Origin: a candidate division WOR-3 bacterium
Lineage (GTDB): Bacteria > Hydrothermota > Tepidihabitantia > Tepidihabitantales > Tepidihabitantaceae
DNA: 64,000 nt
NCBI GenBank assembly: GCA_965649225.1
Contig: CBFGJX010000005.1
Coordinates: forward strand, 49,243-113,242
Direction: 5' to 3'
The notes beneath the pieces are model-generated. The model was not told the origin of the DNA. It searched no databases and worked only from the letters and a program-made list of their open reading frames with translations. This document shows positions 35,142-45,593 of this stretch, one piece after another. The position numbers and the translations under genes are program-made. The first letter of the stretch is position 1. Each line of letters starts with the position of its first letter.

Positions 35142-35906
35142 TCAGCTGCGGGGTCGGATACGGACGCGAAAATCCCAGCCGAATTCCCGATAACCGACTG
35201 TACGGGCGGTGGCAATCGAAGCGACATTGCGGTCAGAGGTTTGGTGGATTGGGGTCCGGTTCTGGGCAAGTACTGCGGCGGTGGTGGCGGAAAGTACCGA
35301 GCTGCCATAGCCCAGACGACGGTGGGAGTCGATGGTGCCGGGCAGACCGATGTCGGCGACACGGTCGGCTAGGTGGGGCACTTCGTAAGTGCCGCAGAGT
35401 GCGACCGGACGATCGCCGTCAAACGCCGCATAACAGGTACCGTCGCGGACACTTTGGTCGAGCCAGTGCTCGTAAAGACCGATCTGACGGAGAATCGGCA
35501 GATCGGTCTCGGTTACCACCCGGCAGCGATGGGTAAGGCGGGGACGGAAGCTTTCGGGCGCACAGAAGTGAATCGGCCCGCCGGCGGTGGACAGCTCACC
35601 CAGCAGACTGCGGTGGCGTTCAACCAGCCGTGTCAGTTCCTCAAGACAACGGGGATCGCGGATGCGGCCGATTCCGTAGTGACTGAGGACTCGTCGTACC
35701 GGTTTGTAGAGCTGGGTCTGGACCGAGATGGCAGCGCGATTCTCGAAAACGATCATCCACAGGGCGAATACCTCGGCATAGTGGGATTCCGGGTGTTCCC
35801 GTCGATCGGATACTACGACCTTCAATTCACGGGGTGCGATCGCGGTCAGGTCGCAATCAAGATAGCCGGACAGGAAAGCGGCGGTGTTGGTAAATGCGTC
35901 GGGCAT
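35142..35906 (-). CDS. GNAT family N-acetyltransferase (C-terminal GNAT domain)
   Basis: T..SHRRLGYGS acetyl-CoA motif, NVASIATARTVGY. Confidence 0.8.
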   Translation of the reverse strand: MPDAFTNTAAFLSGYLDCDLTAIAPRELKVVVSDRREHPESHYAEVFALWMIVFENRAAISVQTQLYKPVRRVLSHYGIGRIRDPRCLEELTRLVERHRSLLGELSTAGGPIHFCAPESFRPRLTHRCRVVTETDLPILRQIGLYEHWLDQSVRDGTCYAAFDGDRPVALCGTYEVPHLADRVADIGLPGTIDSHRRLGYGSSVLSATTAAVLAQNRTPIHQTSDRNVASIATARTVGYREFGWDFRVRIRPRS

Positions 35907-35965
35907 GCTGGTTCGTTTGCGCCGCCTTGAGGGTAATCGGCCGGCGGCCGAAGGTCAAGTGCTGG

Positions 35966-36424
35966 TCAGGGCAGGCCGCGTACCTTCTCGCCCGGCTTGA
36001 TACCACGGGCGGCAAACCAGCCCCGGTTCATTTCCAGTGCCCAGAGGATCGGGCGGGATGAAACGTACGGCGTTGTGGTGTCGTGGGGCACCATTTCGAA
36101 AATATCAGTTATGATGCCGGCCGAGTCGATGAAGGCTATGCTCAGCGGGATAAGGGTGTTTTTCATCCAGAAACGCTGAACCTCGGCGGAGTCAAACCGG
36201 AAAAGCATGCCCGAGTCCGGGGCCAGGGCAGTACGCCACATCAGCCCCTGAGTGCGGGCCGGAGGAGTGTCTGCGACTTCGGCCAGAGCTGTTTCGCCGG
36301 CAATCTCCAGAACTACGGTTGACAGCTGGTAGCGAGAGGATTCGATCGGCGGTGTCGGACGCGGCGTTCGTGACCGGCAGCAGATAACGACACACGCGGC
36401 GGTCAACAGAATCCGGCCAGTCAT
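35966..36424 (-). CDS. DUF192 family exported protein
   Basis: AEVADT...RTQGLMWR, GMLFRF, FWMKNTLIPLSIAFID, ALEMNRG. Confidence 0.92.
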   Translation of the reverse strand: MTGRILLTAACVVICCRSRTPRPTPPIESSRYQLSTVVLEIAGETALAEVADTPPARTQGLMWRTALAPDSGMLFRFDSAEVQRFWMKNTLIPLSIAFIDSAGIITDIFEMVPHDTTTPYVSSRPILWALEMNRGWFAARGIKPGEKVRGLP

Positions 36425-38496
36425 CGCTCGGGGTTGTCGTTGATCACGATCCGCGAGAGGTCGGCGACACGGCTGAACAGTGAACGGACCAGATTCAGCA
36501 GACGGAGTCGATTCAGACGCAGCGGCTGGTCCTCGGTCATGACCAGCACCTCGGTGAAGAACCGGTCGATGCTGGTTCGAAGACTGAGCAGCAGCTCAAA
36601 CGCTGTGTCAAAGTCACCGGCGGCGATGGCCGTGTCAATCCGCGGAGCAAGGGCTTCAGTTATCCGCCACAGCTCCTGTTCGGCCGGCTCACCGAGCAGA
36701 GCCGGTTCAATTTCTCCGGTAACCGATTGTCCCTTCAGGATGTTGGCGACACGCTTCTGGCCGATTACCAGTTGTTCGAATTCAGGGCGGCCGCGGAATC
36801 GTATCAGAGCTCGGGCTGCCGACAGCGCCGTGACCGGGCGGCTGGCGAATGCAACGAGAACGGCGTTGGTGATGTCGTAAGGTACTCCGCGGTCGGTCAG
36901 TGCTTGGGCGGTGCGTTCCCGGAAGAAGTTGCTCACCAGTTCGGCCTGGCCGGCGTCGGGTCCGGCGAATGGTTTCAAGGCGGTGTTGATGAGTCCGGTC
37001 AGGTCGAGCGGCAGGCCGTGTTCAAAGGCTATCGCCAGTATGCCAGCGGCCTGCCGTCTGAGGGCAAACGGGTCTTCGGAGCCGGTGGGTGCCGCACCGG
37101 CAATGAATCCGGCGATTATGTTGTCGGCTTTGTCGGCAATTGAAAGCAGCGCTCCGGCCGGGGTTGCGGGCAGCTGATCGCCGGCAAAATTCGGCAGATA
37201 GTGTTCAGCGATGGCCTGACAGACTGTCGCCGGTTCACCACCCAGCCGGGCATAAATGCCGCCGATGATTCCCTGCAGCGAAGTGAACTCTTTTTCCCGG
37301 ATCATGTCCGTGAGCAGGTCGGCCTTGCAGAGCAGGGCGGCCCGGTCGAGCTGCTCTGGGGCGACGGCGGGACCGAGATTGCTCAGGAAGCGGCACAGCG
37401 CCCGCAGCCGCTCAGTTTTGTCAAAAAGGCTTCCCAGCCCTTCCATCCAGACGACCTGTCGTTCTGCTTCCACCAGCGGCTGCAGGCCGCGGGCAACGTC
37501 GGCTTCATAGAAGAAGCGCGCGTCGCGCAGGCGGGACTCGATTGCTTTTTCATACCAGGCGGCCACGGCGGTCCGGTCGCACTGCGGGCTGTTGGCAACA
37601 GCGACAAAAGCGGGCAGGAGTTTGCCATCCGCAGAGCGCAAGGAAAAACAGCGCTGGTGTTTCTTCAGCGCGGTGATGAGTACTACGTCGGGCAGGACCA
37701 GGTGCTCGGCACGGAAGCTGCCGCGCAGCAGTACCGGGTATTCGGTTACGTCGGCGGTCTCTTCGAGCAGTTCGTCATCGCTCACCGGTTGTCCGCCGAT
37801 TTCGGCTGCCAGTCGGGCAAGTTCGGCGGCAATCAGCGCCCGTCGTTTTGCGTGTGAAGCGATAACGAAACCGGCCAGCAGTTCCGATTCATATTCAGCT
37901 GGTGAAGGAAGGCGTCGTGTCCGTGGCTGGGCGTTGCGATGAACGACGGTAATCGCATCGGCTTCAGTCGCGCCGAATCGGAAACGCACCGGTTCGTTAC
38001 CAAGAATGCAGACCAGCCAGCGGATTGGACGGGCAAATCCAGTGCCACTTGCGTCCCAGCGCATGAGTTTTGGCGACGGCAGCGACCGGATTACGGCCGG
38101 CAGCTTCGCTGCAAGCAGTTCTGCGACCGGTACCGCCGGGGTACGGCGGCGGACATAGACGTATTCGCCGCGCGGTGTTGTCTTGAAGAAGAAGTCTTCG
38201 ACATTTACCCCCTGTGCTGCACTGAACCCCAAGGCAACCCGAGTCGGGCGACCGGCCGAATCGAAAGCAGCACTGCGGGGAGGGCCCTGAATCTCAATCT
38301 CCGCCGCCGGTTTTGCCGCGGGAACATGATCGAACCGCACGGCGATCCGGCGGGGAGTCCAGAACTCATCGGTGGGTCCGATGGTGAGACCTTGCTCGGC
38401 AAAGACGCCGGCAACGCGTCGAGCCAGCTCGCGGGTTATTGGCCCGAGCAGTGACGGTGGTAGTTCTTCGGTCCCAATCTCGAGTAGCAACTGCAT
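36421..38496 (-). CDS. glyS: Glycine--tRNA ligase beta subunit
   Basis: LLLEIGTEELP, TPRRI, FARPIRW, RLRDARFFY, KADLLT, TGSEDPFALRR, NRLRLL. Confidence 0.95.
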   Translation of the reverse strand: MQLLLEIGTEELPPSLLGPITRELARRVAGVFAEQGLTIGPTDEFWTPRRIAVRFDHVPAAKPAAEIEIQGPPRSAAFDSAGRPTRVALGFSAAQGVNVEDFFFKTTPRGEYVYVRRRTPAVPVAELLAAKLPAVIRSLPSPKLMRWDASGTGFARPIRWLVCILGNEPVRFRFGATEADAITVVHRNAQPRTRRLPSPAEYESELLAGFVIASHAKRRALIAAELARLAAEIGGQPVSDDELLEETADVTEYPVLLRGSFRAEHLVLPDVVLITALKKHQRCFSLRSADGKLLPAFVAVANSPQCDRTAVAAWYEKAIESRLRDARFFYEADVARGLQPLVEAERQVVWMEGLGSLFDKTERLRALCRFLSNLGPAVAPEQLDRAALLCKADLLTDMIREKEFTSLQGIIGGIYARLGGEPATVCQAIAEHYLPNFAGDQLPATPAGALLSIADKADNIIAGFIAGAAPTGSEDPFALRRQAAGILAIAFEHGLPLDLTGLINTALKPFAGPDAGQAELVSNFFRERTAQALTDRGVPYDITNAVLVAFASRPVTALSAARALIRFRGRPEFEQLVIGQKRVANILKGQSVTGEIEPALLGEPAEQELWRITEALAPRIDTAIAAGDFDTAFELLLSLRTSIDRFFTEVLVMTEDQPLRLNRLRLLNLVRSLFSRVADLSRIVINDNPER

Positions 38497-38577
38497 CGGG
38501 GCCATCATAGGAAGTGATGACCGACAGTCAAGCCGATTGGCCAGGCTATTGACAAGATACGATGGGAGCACTACATT
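38497..38577. promoter_or_regulatory. Divergent promoters (leaderless glyS; leadered repeat protein-purD)
   Basis: Minus TTGACT(38531-38526)-N16-TATGAT(38509-38504)-N7-ATG; plus TTGACA(38549-38554)-N17-TACATT(38572-38577). Confidence 0.7.
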
Positions 38578-38592
38578 CAGACGGGAGGACTG

Positions 38593-39165
38593 ATGAAGAG
38601 ACCCTACAAGCGCTGGTCGGCAGAAGAGGTCATCCGGATAGTCCAGGATCTGCACAAGCGGGGTGTCCCGCTGAATTCGGGCAACATTGCCAAACAGATG
38701 CCGGCACTGGGCTATGCCGGCCGTAAGTACTTTGGCAGCTGGGAAGCGGCACTGACGGCGGCCGGACTTGACTACAGCCGGATAAGACGCAAGAGCTTCT
38801 GGAACCGGACTCGTGTCATTGAGAAGATCCGCGAACTGCATGCTGCCGGCAAGCCGTTGCACGTTAGTGCAGCAGAGCGCGAACAAGGGGGACTGGTTGG
38901 CGCTGCTTCGGTGTATCTAGGTTCGTGGCGCCAGGCGATTCGCGCCGCCGGGCTCGATTATTCGAAAATCAAACGTCAGAAGGACTGGTCGAAGTCGTAC
39001 ATTGTGTCGGAGATGCGACGTATGCACGCTCAGGGTTTACCGATGCGAACCACGATTGCGGTCAGACGGGAGTATCGGACACTCCATGCCGCAGCGGTGC
39101 GCTATTTCGGATCCTGGGCCGCAGCGCTGAAGGCAGCCCGGCTTGACAAGGTGGTCGGCAAGTGA
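38593..39165 (+). CDS. Basic protein of three ~62-aa homing-endonuclease-associated-type repeats (FGSW..A..AAGL)
   Basis: Three W(S/N)...I....H..G.P...Y(F/L)GSW..A..AA.LD repeats; GGAGG SD; GTGA overlap with purD. Confidence 0.8.
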   Translation: MKRPYKRWSAEEVIRIVQDLHKRGVPLNSGNIAKQMPALGYAGRKYFGSWEAALTAAGLDYSRIRRKSFWNRTRVIEKIRELHAAGKPLHVSAAEREQGGLVGAASVYLGSWRQAIRAAGLDYSKIKRQKDWSKSYIVSEMRRMHAQGLPMRTTIAVRREYRTLHAAAVRYFGSWAAALKAARLDKVVGK

Positions 39166-40430
39166 AGGTTCTGGTCGTCGGTTCTGGTGGTCGAGAACAC
39201 GCGATTGTCTGGCATCTGTCGCGGCACAACCATCGGGTTTTCGCTGCGCCGGGCAACGCCGGTATCGCCCGTGTCGCGACGTGCTTTGATATTCCAGTTC
39301 ATGATATTGCGAATCTGGCACGGTTGGCGGAGTCGGAGCGCGTTGACCTGACGATTGTCGGACCTGAGGCGCCGCTGGTAGCCGGATTGGCTGACGAGTT
39401 TCGCCGACGCGGGCTGCTGGTTTTCGGACCAGACGCGGCGGGAGCACGGATCGAGGGCGACAAGGCCTATGCCAAACGGCTGATGCACGAGCTGTCGATT
39501 CCGACGCCCCGCTTCGCTGTGTTTCGTGATTTTCATGCTGCCTATCTGAATCTCGTTGATCGTCGATTTCCAGTCGTGGTGAAGGCCGCCGGGCTCGCGG
39601 CCGGCAAGGGTGTGTTTGTCTGTCATGATGAAGCCGAGGCCGCAGCGGTGTTGCAGGGAATGTTGTCGGGGGAGAGGTTCGGAACGGCCGGACAGACAGT
39701 TGTCATTGAAGATTATCTTGAGGGTGAGGAGCTTTCGCTGGTCGCGTTGTGCGACGGACGCGACTGGCGATTGTTGCCGCCGGCGCAGGACCACAAACGA
39801 CTGCGGGACGGCGATGCCGGGCCAAATACCGGTGGTATGGGTGCTTATGCTCCGGCACCGGCGGCAACGGTTGAGGTCTGTCAGCAGGTCGCCGATCGGG
39901 TGTTCGATCCGCTCGTTGCCGGATTGCGGCAGCGGGGGGTGAAGTACACCGGTGCAATCTATGCCGGACTGATGCTGACGGCCGACGGGCCGTATGTTTT
40001 GGAGTTCAACTGCCGTTTCGGAGACCCGGAAACTCAGGCGGTAATGCCTTTGCTGCAAGACGACCTGGCCGAGCTGGCACTGGCCTGCATCGATGGGGCA
40101 CTGGGGTCGTGCGATCCGTTGCCCGCTCGACGGCACGCGGTCTGTGTTGTTGCTGCGGCACCGGGGTATCCCGATCGTCCCGAAACAGGAGTAGTGATTG
40201 ATAGTGAGCCACCGACCGACGACAATCTGCTTGTTTTTCATGCCGGAACGAAGATCCGTGACGGGCAGCTGGTTACTGCCGGCGGTCGCGTGTTCGGCAT
40301 AACCGGGCTGGGTGACAGTTTTTCTGAAGCCCGGATGCGTGCCTATAGCGGGATGAGCAAAGTGAGTTTCCCTGGTGTTCAGTACCGTCGTGATATCGGC
40401 TACCGGCTGTTGCAATCTGGTCACAATTGA
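39162..40430 (+). CDS. purD: Phosphoribosylamine--glycine ligase
   Basis: [57 protein letters not shown]. Confidence 0.97.
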   Translation: MKVLVVGSGGREHAIVWHLSRHNHRVFAAPGNAGIARVATCFDIPVHDIANLARLAESERVDLTIVGPEAPLVAGLADEFRRRGLLVFGPDAAGARIEGDKAYAKRLMHELSIPTPRFAVFRDFHAAYLNLVDRRFPVVVKAAGLAAGKGVFVCHDEAEAAAVLQGMLSGERFGTAGQTVVIEDYLEGEELSLVALCDGRDWRLLPPAQDHKRLRDGDAGPNTGGMGAYAPAPAATVEVCQQVADRVFDPLVAGLRQRGVKYTGAIYAGLMLTADGPYVLEFNCRFGDPETQAVMPLLQDDLAELALACIDGALGSCDPLPARRHAVCVVAAAPGYPDRPETGVVIDSEPPTDDNLLVFHAGTKIRDGQLVTAGGRVFGITGLGDSFSEARMRAYSGMSKVSFPGVQYRRDIGYRLLQSGHN

Positions 40431-40530
40431 CAGCGCGTCGAGCTCGGTAATACTTGACGCGGTAGCGTTGCGTCGGTTCTGGGCGTGACGCGTTTGTCGC
40501 CATCAAAATTAGCAGTCACGGAGGAGCATC

Positions 40531-41682
40531 TTGGAGTATTTTCTGACCGAGACACAGAAGGAAATCAGAGACCTTGCTCGTCGTTTTGCCCAGGAGAAAA
40601 TGAAACCGGTGCGGCAGGAACTCGATCAAAAGGGAGAGTTTCCTTTCGAAATAATGAGAGGTCTCGCCGAGTTGGGATTGATGGGAGTTTACATCCCCGA
40701 GGAATACGGCGGCCTTGGCGGCGGCATCATGGAGATGTGTCTTGTTGTCGAGGAATTGTGTCGTGTTGATGGGGCTGCCGGCTTGTGTTATGCCGCCTGT
40801 GGCCTGGGGACTTTCCCAATAATGCTGGGCGGTACTGAGGAACAGAAGAAGAAGTGGCTGCCAAGGCTGGCGGCTGGCGAGATCGCCGCTTTTGCAATTA
40901 CTGAGGCAAGTGCCGGTTCTGATGCCTCCAATGTCAAAACGCGCGCAGTTCGCGATGGCGATTACTATGTCCTGAATGGCACCAAACAGTTCATAACGAA
41001 TGGCTCGGTGGCGAAGATCTACTCGGTAGTCGCCGCGACCAATCCGGCAAAGGGCGCGCGGGGTTTGTCTGCATTCATCATTGAAGACGGCACGCCCGGT
41101 TTCACCTATGGCAAAATCGAAGACAAAATGGGCATCCGGTGCTCCAAGACTTCCGAACTGGTCTTTCAGGATTGCCGGGTGCCGGCGGAGAACCTGATTG
41201 GGGGCAAGGAAGGCTTCGGGTTCATTCATACGATGAAGACATTTGACCGCACTCGGCCGGGAGTTGCTGCCCAGGCGTTGGGTATTGCGGCCGGCGCACT
41301 GGATGAGGCACTGGAGTACGCCAAGACCCGGGTCCAGTTCGATCAGCCGATCTCCAGCTTTCAGGCAGTACAGTTGATGCTTGCCGATATGGCAATTGCA
41401 GTTGAGTCTTCTCGAGCGCTGGTGTATCAGGCTGCCCGTGCGGCCGACTCCGGCATGAAAAACATCTCGGCGATCGCCTCAATGGCCAAGGTTCTTGCTT
41501 CTGACACGGCGATGAAGGTGACCACCGACGCCGTGCAGATTTTTGGTGGCTATGGATACATGCGAGACTACCCGGTTGAAAAGATGATGCGCGATGCGAA
41601 GATTACGCAGATTTACGAGGGGACAAACCAGATTCAGCGCCTCGTTATTGCCTCTGAAATGATCAAGGGCACTGCCTGGTAA
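40531..41682 (+). CDS. Acyl-CoA dehydrogenase (short/branched-chain type)
   Basis: FAITEASAGSD, NGTKQFITN, KMGIR, QIFGGYGY, KITQIYEGTNQIQR; TTG start with GGAGGAG SD. Confidence 0.95.
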   Translation: MEYFLTETQKEIRDLARRFAQEKMKPVRQELDQKGEFPFEIMRGLAELGLMGVYIPEEYGGLGGGIMEMCLVVEELCRVDGAAGLCYAACGLGTFPIMLGGTEEQKKKWLPRLAAGEIAAFAITEASAGSDASNVKTRAVRDGDYYVLNGTKQFITNGSVAKIYSVVAATNPAKGARGLSAFIIEDGTPGFTYGKIEDKMGIRCSKTSELVFQDCRVPAENLIGGKEGFGFIHTMKTFDRTRPGVAAQALGIAAGALDEALEYAKTRVQFDQPISSFQAVQLMLADMAIAVESSRALVYQAARAADSGMKNISAIASMAKVLASDTAMKVTTDAVQIFGGYGYMRDYPVEKMMRDAKITQIYEGTNQIQRLVIASEMIKGTAW

Positions 41683-41707
41683 TCGGGCCGCAGATACGGG
41701 GGTAGCA

Positions 41708-43156
41708 TTGGAGTCATCGGTCGCCACCGCCAACGCCAAGACAGGAACCGGTCGGTCGCAGGATCGGTATGATGTAACGGTCATCGGTGCTGGTCCCGGC
41801 GGTTATGTCTGTGCGATCCGGCTGGCACAGCTTGGTCGGCAGGTGCTGCTGGTTGAACGGGAGCGGCCGGGCGGCGTCTGTCTGAACTGGGGTTGCATTC
41901 CTGTCAAAGCCCTGCTGCACGCCGCCTCGACAGTGCGTCACGCGGTTGAAATGAGGGCAGCCGGGATTGTCTACCAACCGCCAGCGATCGATCTCCTTAC
42001 TCTTTACTCCTGGAAAGGTCGCATCGTTGACCGGCTGGTACGAGGGATTGAGTTTCTGCTGCGCAATAACGGTGTCGAATACGTCAAGGGCAGTGCTTTC
42101 CTGTCCGGACACCAGCAGGTTGGCATCCGACTGGACGATGGTGGCACAAGAACCGTTGAGTCGGGGGTGGTTGTAATTGCAACTGGGTCAAAACCGGTTG
42201 TCATCCCGGGGTTGGAGCCGGATGGGCAGCGGATAATCGATTCGAACGGCGCCCTGAATTTGTTTGAGCTTCCGGCACGACTGGCGATAGTCGGAGCCGG
42301 GGTTGTCGGGCTCGAATTTGCAACGATATTCAGCCGGTTGGGTGTGAACGTGACCGTCCTTGACCTGATGCCACAGGTCTTGCCGGGTACCGATTCTGAG
42401 ATTGCAGCGCAGATTCAGAAACTGATGCAGCGGGAAGGGATTGAGTTCAGACTTGGTGTCCGGCTGCTTGGTACCGAGGCTGACGGAGTCATAAGACTGC
42501 GCTATACTGGCCCGGCTGGCGAGCAGGTACTGGAGGCCGACAAGGTTCTGGTGGCAGCCGGGCGGGTTCCACTTTCGGCCGAGCTTGGGCTTGGAACGAC
42601 CGGAGTCAAGACCGACGCTCGCGGGTACATCGTGACAAACTCACGCCTGCAGGCGTATGGCCGTTCGGTCTATGCTATCGGGGACGTCCGGGGTGGGCAG
42701 TTGCTGGCACATAAGGCCATGGCAGAGGGCATTGCGGCAGCCGAGATTATCGCTGGCCGCCGGTCGATGAGAAGATTCAGGGCGGTTCCGGCGGTTGTTT
42801 ACACTGACCCGGAAATCGCCACAGTCGGAATTACCGAGGCTGAAGCTCGGGCGCAGAATCTGGACGTCCGCGTCGGTCGGATACCGTTGACAGCGGTCGG
42901 CCGGTCACTGACGCTATCCAGAAGCGAAGGGTTGATGAAGCTGATTGTGGATTCCGCGACCGACCGTTTGCTGGGCATGCAGGTAATCGGGCCGCAATCG
43001 GACATGCTGGTGGCCGAGGCAACGCTGGCCATCGAGCTTGGGCTCAAGGCAGCCGACATCGGCCGGGTCATGCATCCTCATCCGACGATGAGTGAACTCT
43101 TGTTTGAAGCGGCCGAGGCCATACACGGCAGAGCAGTACATGTGGTAAATCGATGA
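41708..43156 (+). CDS. lpdA: Dihydrolipoyl dehydrogenase
   Basis: GAGPGGY, GGVCLNWGCIP, LAHKA, HPHPTMSE. Confidence 0.93.
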   Translation: MESSVATANAKTGTGRSQDRYDVTVIGAGPGGYVCAIRLAQLGRQVLLVERERPGGVCLNWGCIPVKALLHAASTVRHAVEMRAAGIVYQPPAIDLLTLYSWKGRIVDRLVRGIEFLLRNNGVEYVKGSAFLSGHQQVGIRLDDGGTRTVESGVVVIATGSKPVVIPGLEPDGQRIIDSNGALNLFELPARLAIVGAGVVGLEFATIFSRLGVNVTVLDLMPQVLPGTDSEIAAQIQKLMQREGIEFRLGVRLLGTEADGVIRLRYTGPAGEQVLEADKVLVAAGRVPLSAELGLGTTGVKTDARGYIVTNSRLQAYGRSVYAIGDVRGGQLLAHKAMAEGIAAAEIIAGRRSMRRFRAVPAVVYTDPEIATVGITEAEARAQNLDVRVGRIPLTAVGRSLTLSRSEGLMKLIVDSATDRLLGMQVIGPQSDMLVAEATLAIELGLKAADIGRVMHPHPTMSELLFEAAEAIHGRAVHVVNR

Positions 43157-43202
43157 GCATCGAGCTACGGTCAGTCGTGCCTGGTTTGTTGGTCGTCGGC
43201 AA

Positions 43203-43913
43203 GTGAGCAAGCTTGCGCTATGCATTGATCTTGGGCAGGCAGCCTACCAAGAGGTACTGGAACTGCAGCGGATTCTTGTCCGGCAGCGCCAGAATCAAGA
43301 GATTCCGGATTGTCTCATACTGGTTGAGCATCCGCCGACAATTACCTTCGGACGTTCGGCGCGGACTACAAATCTGCTGGCAAGTGAAGATGAGCTGAAC
43401 CGATTGGGTGTGGAGATGCTTCATGTTGAACGGGGCGGGGATGTTACATTTCATGGCCCAGGACAACTAGTTGGATATCCGATCTTCCAGCTTGCAGAGG
43501 AGTTCGTCGGTGTCAGGCGGTTTGTGAACGGTCTTGAAGGCGCCCTGGTGACGGCGCTGGGGCGGCTGCGCATCAGTGCCGGGACTGTACCGGGGGCAGT
43601 TGGAGTGTGGGTCGGGCAGCGCAAGATAGCCTCAATCGGCATTGCCGTTGCCCGGCGCGTGGTTTTTCACGGCTTCGCGCTCAATGTGACTGTTGATCTG
43701 TCCTGGTTTCGACTCATCAAGCCGTGTGGATTTGAGGCCGCGGTCATGACTTCCATTGAGAGAGAAGGCGGCGAGACTGACCCCGGTCTGGTCAGGTCGG
43801 CCGTGAAGCAGGCGCTGACCGAACGTTTTGGGCTGAGTTTTCAGTCAAATTTGCCGCGGAGTCTGACCTGCCTGACCAGCGGCCTGATCCGCTCGGCCAT
43901 CGATTCGGCCTGA
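43203..43913 (+). CDS. lipB: Octanoyl/lipoyl transferase LipB
   Basis: LVEHPPT, RGGDVTFHGPGQLVGYPI, KIASIG, HGFALN, IKPCG. Confidence 0.95.
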   Translation: MSKLALCIDLGQAAYQEVLELQRILVRQRQNQEIPDCLILVEHPPTITFGRSARTTNLLASEDELNRLGVEMLHVERGGDVTFHGPGQLVGYPIFQLAEEFVGVRRFVNGLEGALVTALGRLRISAGTVPGAVGVWVGQRKIASIGIAVARRVVFHGFALNVTVDLSWFRLIKPCGFEAAVMTSIEREGGETDPGLVRSAVKQALTERFGLSFQSNLPRSLTCLTSGLIRSAIDSA

Positions 43914-44545
43914 GCCCGGGTATAGGGTTTCAGGTTTCTGTAGTGCACGGACCGCGCATGCTCGGGCACATATGGCTGCAGGTACACCGCCGGTGCGCCG
44001 GCGATGGAGTGTCCGATCTCGATCATGTCGGCTTCTTCAATAATACCGGGAACCAGTGTTGTTCGAAATTCGTGCGGAATTCTTGACTCCAGCAGCGTTC
44101 GGATTGCCCGCCGGATCACAGCAAGATCGACCGGTACGCCGCAGGCGACCGAGTACTTGTCATTCAGCGGCGCCTTGATATCCATGGCGACGTAGTCAAC
44201 GAGCTGGTTCGCCAGCAGCTGTTCAAGACGGTACGGAAATGTGCCATTGGTGTCGAGCTTCAACTTGAAGCCGAGAGACTTAAGCTGCTGGCAGAGTTGT
44301 GGCAATTCAGGGTGCATCAGTGGTTCACCGCCGGTGATCACGATTCCGGACAGCCAGTGGTGGAGCTTCTCGATTCTTTGGATTAGCGTGTGGATGTCCA
44401 GCGTGGGGAGGCCTGGGTCGTCGTCGGCTACGCGATGATTGTGACAGAAAGGGCACAGCAGGTTGCAGCCAGCGACAAATACGACCGCGCTGACGCGGTC
44501 GTCCCAATCAACCAGCGAAAACTCTTCAATCCCGACCAGTCGCAT
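43841..44545 (-). CDS. Anaerobic ribonucleotide reductase activase-family radical SAM protein
   Basis: FSLVDW, GCNLLCPFCHN, ITGGEPL, KLDTNG, AMDIKAP, EFRTT. Confidence 0.88.
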   Translation of the reverse strand: MRLVGIEEFSLVDWDDRVSAVVFVAGCNLLCPFCHNHRVADDDPGLPTLDIHTLIQRIEKLHHWLSGIVITGGEPLMHPELPQLCQQLKSLGFKLKLDTNGTFPYRLEQLLANQLVDYVAMDIKAPLNDKYSVACGVPVDLAVIRRAIRTLLESRIPHEFRTTLVPGIIEEADMIEIGHSIAGAPAVYLQPYVPEHARSVHYRNLKPYTRAQAESMAERIRPLVRQVRLRGKFD

Positions 44546-44608
44546 TGGCCAGAATGTTAAGCCAGAGAAAGACAACAGGGGTCGGTAGTGTTCGGTTCAA
44601 TCGAACGC

Positions 44609-44714
44609 ATGATAGGACAATCGGCCGATGGGTCAAGTCGCATGGTGCTGGTTGATTTCGTGATTGCGGCATGACCGATTCAATACTTGACAAGGCGTGC
44701 AAAATGTCTATAAG
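44609..44714. promoter_or_regulatory. Divergent promoters for the activase gene and the rpsM operon
   Basis: Minus TTGACC(44636-44631)-N16-TATCAT(44614-44609); plus TTGACA(44687-44692)-N16-TATAAG(44709-44714). Confidence 0.65.
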
Positions 44715-44781
44715 TTACCACTTAGGCAAACTGGCAGTAAGGACAAAATTATATTGCTAAAGGCCGTAACCAGGAGGATTA

Positions 44782-45186
44782 GTGGCTCGTATCGCGGGTG
44801 TTGACCTGCCCGACAATAAGAAAGTTCTCTATGCACTGCCGCATATATACGGCATTGGAGCGCATTCTGCTCGCAGGATTCTTACGGCCGTGAAAATCGA
44901 TCCTTCGCGCCGAGTGAAGGACTTGAGCGACGATGAAATTGCTGCGATTCGTAAAGAAATTGAAGAGAACTACAAGGTTGAGGGTGAGTTGCGCGCCGAG
45001 GTGGCGAGTAATATCAAACACTACATCGAGATAAACTCGTACCGCGGCATGCGTCACCGATCGCGCTTGCCGGTCCGAGGGCAGCGGACACGGACCAACG
45101 CCCGAACCCGCAAGGGGCCGCGTAAGACGTCGGGCGTGTTGAAGGTAAAAGCCAGTGCTGCACCGACAACAGGAGCGTCGAAGTAA
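44782..45186 (+). CDS. rpsM: 30S ribosomal protein S13
   Basis: [32 protein letters not shown]. Confidence 0.98.
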   Translation: MARIAGVDLPDNKKVLYALPHIYGIGAHSARRILTAVKIDPSRRVKDLSDDEIAAIRKEIEENYKVEGELRAEVASNIKHYIEINSYRGMRHRSRLPVRGQRTRTNARTRKGPRKTSGVLKVKASAAPTTGASK

Positions 45187-45560
45187 TGTTACGAAAATCC
45201 ACGCGCAAGAAAGCACCAGCGCAGTGCATCGCCCACATTGTAACCTCCTTCAACAACACTATCGTGACGATTACCGATCCCGGTGGCGCCGTTATAGCGT
45301 GGTCATCGGCCGGCCGAGTTGGTTTCAAAGGATCAAAGAAAGGCACGCCCTTTGCAGCTGGCCAGGCGGCCGAGGCGGCAGCAAAGGAAGCAAGCGCCCT
45401 TGGCGCGCGTAAGCTGGAAGTTCTGGTCAGCGGTCCCGGCCCAGGTCGGGAGGCGGCGATCAGATCTCTGCAGAATGCCGGGCTTGATATCATTTCGCTG
45501 CGGGATGTCACGCCAATACCACACAATGGCTGCCGTCCGCCGAAGCAGCGGCGAGTCTAG
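45186..45560 (+). CDS. rpsK: 30S ribosomal protein S11
   Basis: [49 protein letters not shown]. Confidence 0.98.
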   Translation: MLRKSTRKKAPAQCIAHIVTSFNNTIVTITDPGGAVIAWSSAGRVGFKGSKKGTPFAAGQAAEAAAKEASALGARKLEVLVSGPGPGREAAIRSLQNAGLDIISLRDVTPIPHNGCRPPKQRRV

Positions 45561-45593
45561 TGATGATGGCAATGGTTCACAACAGGATATCAG

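Noticed and set aside
44588..44608. Inverted repeat GTTCG-N7-CGAAC at the activase TSS
   Set aside because: Short; matches neither the NrdR box nor the lexA palindrome; single occurrence
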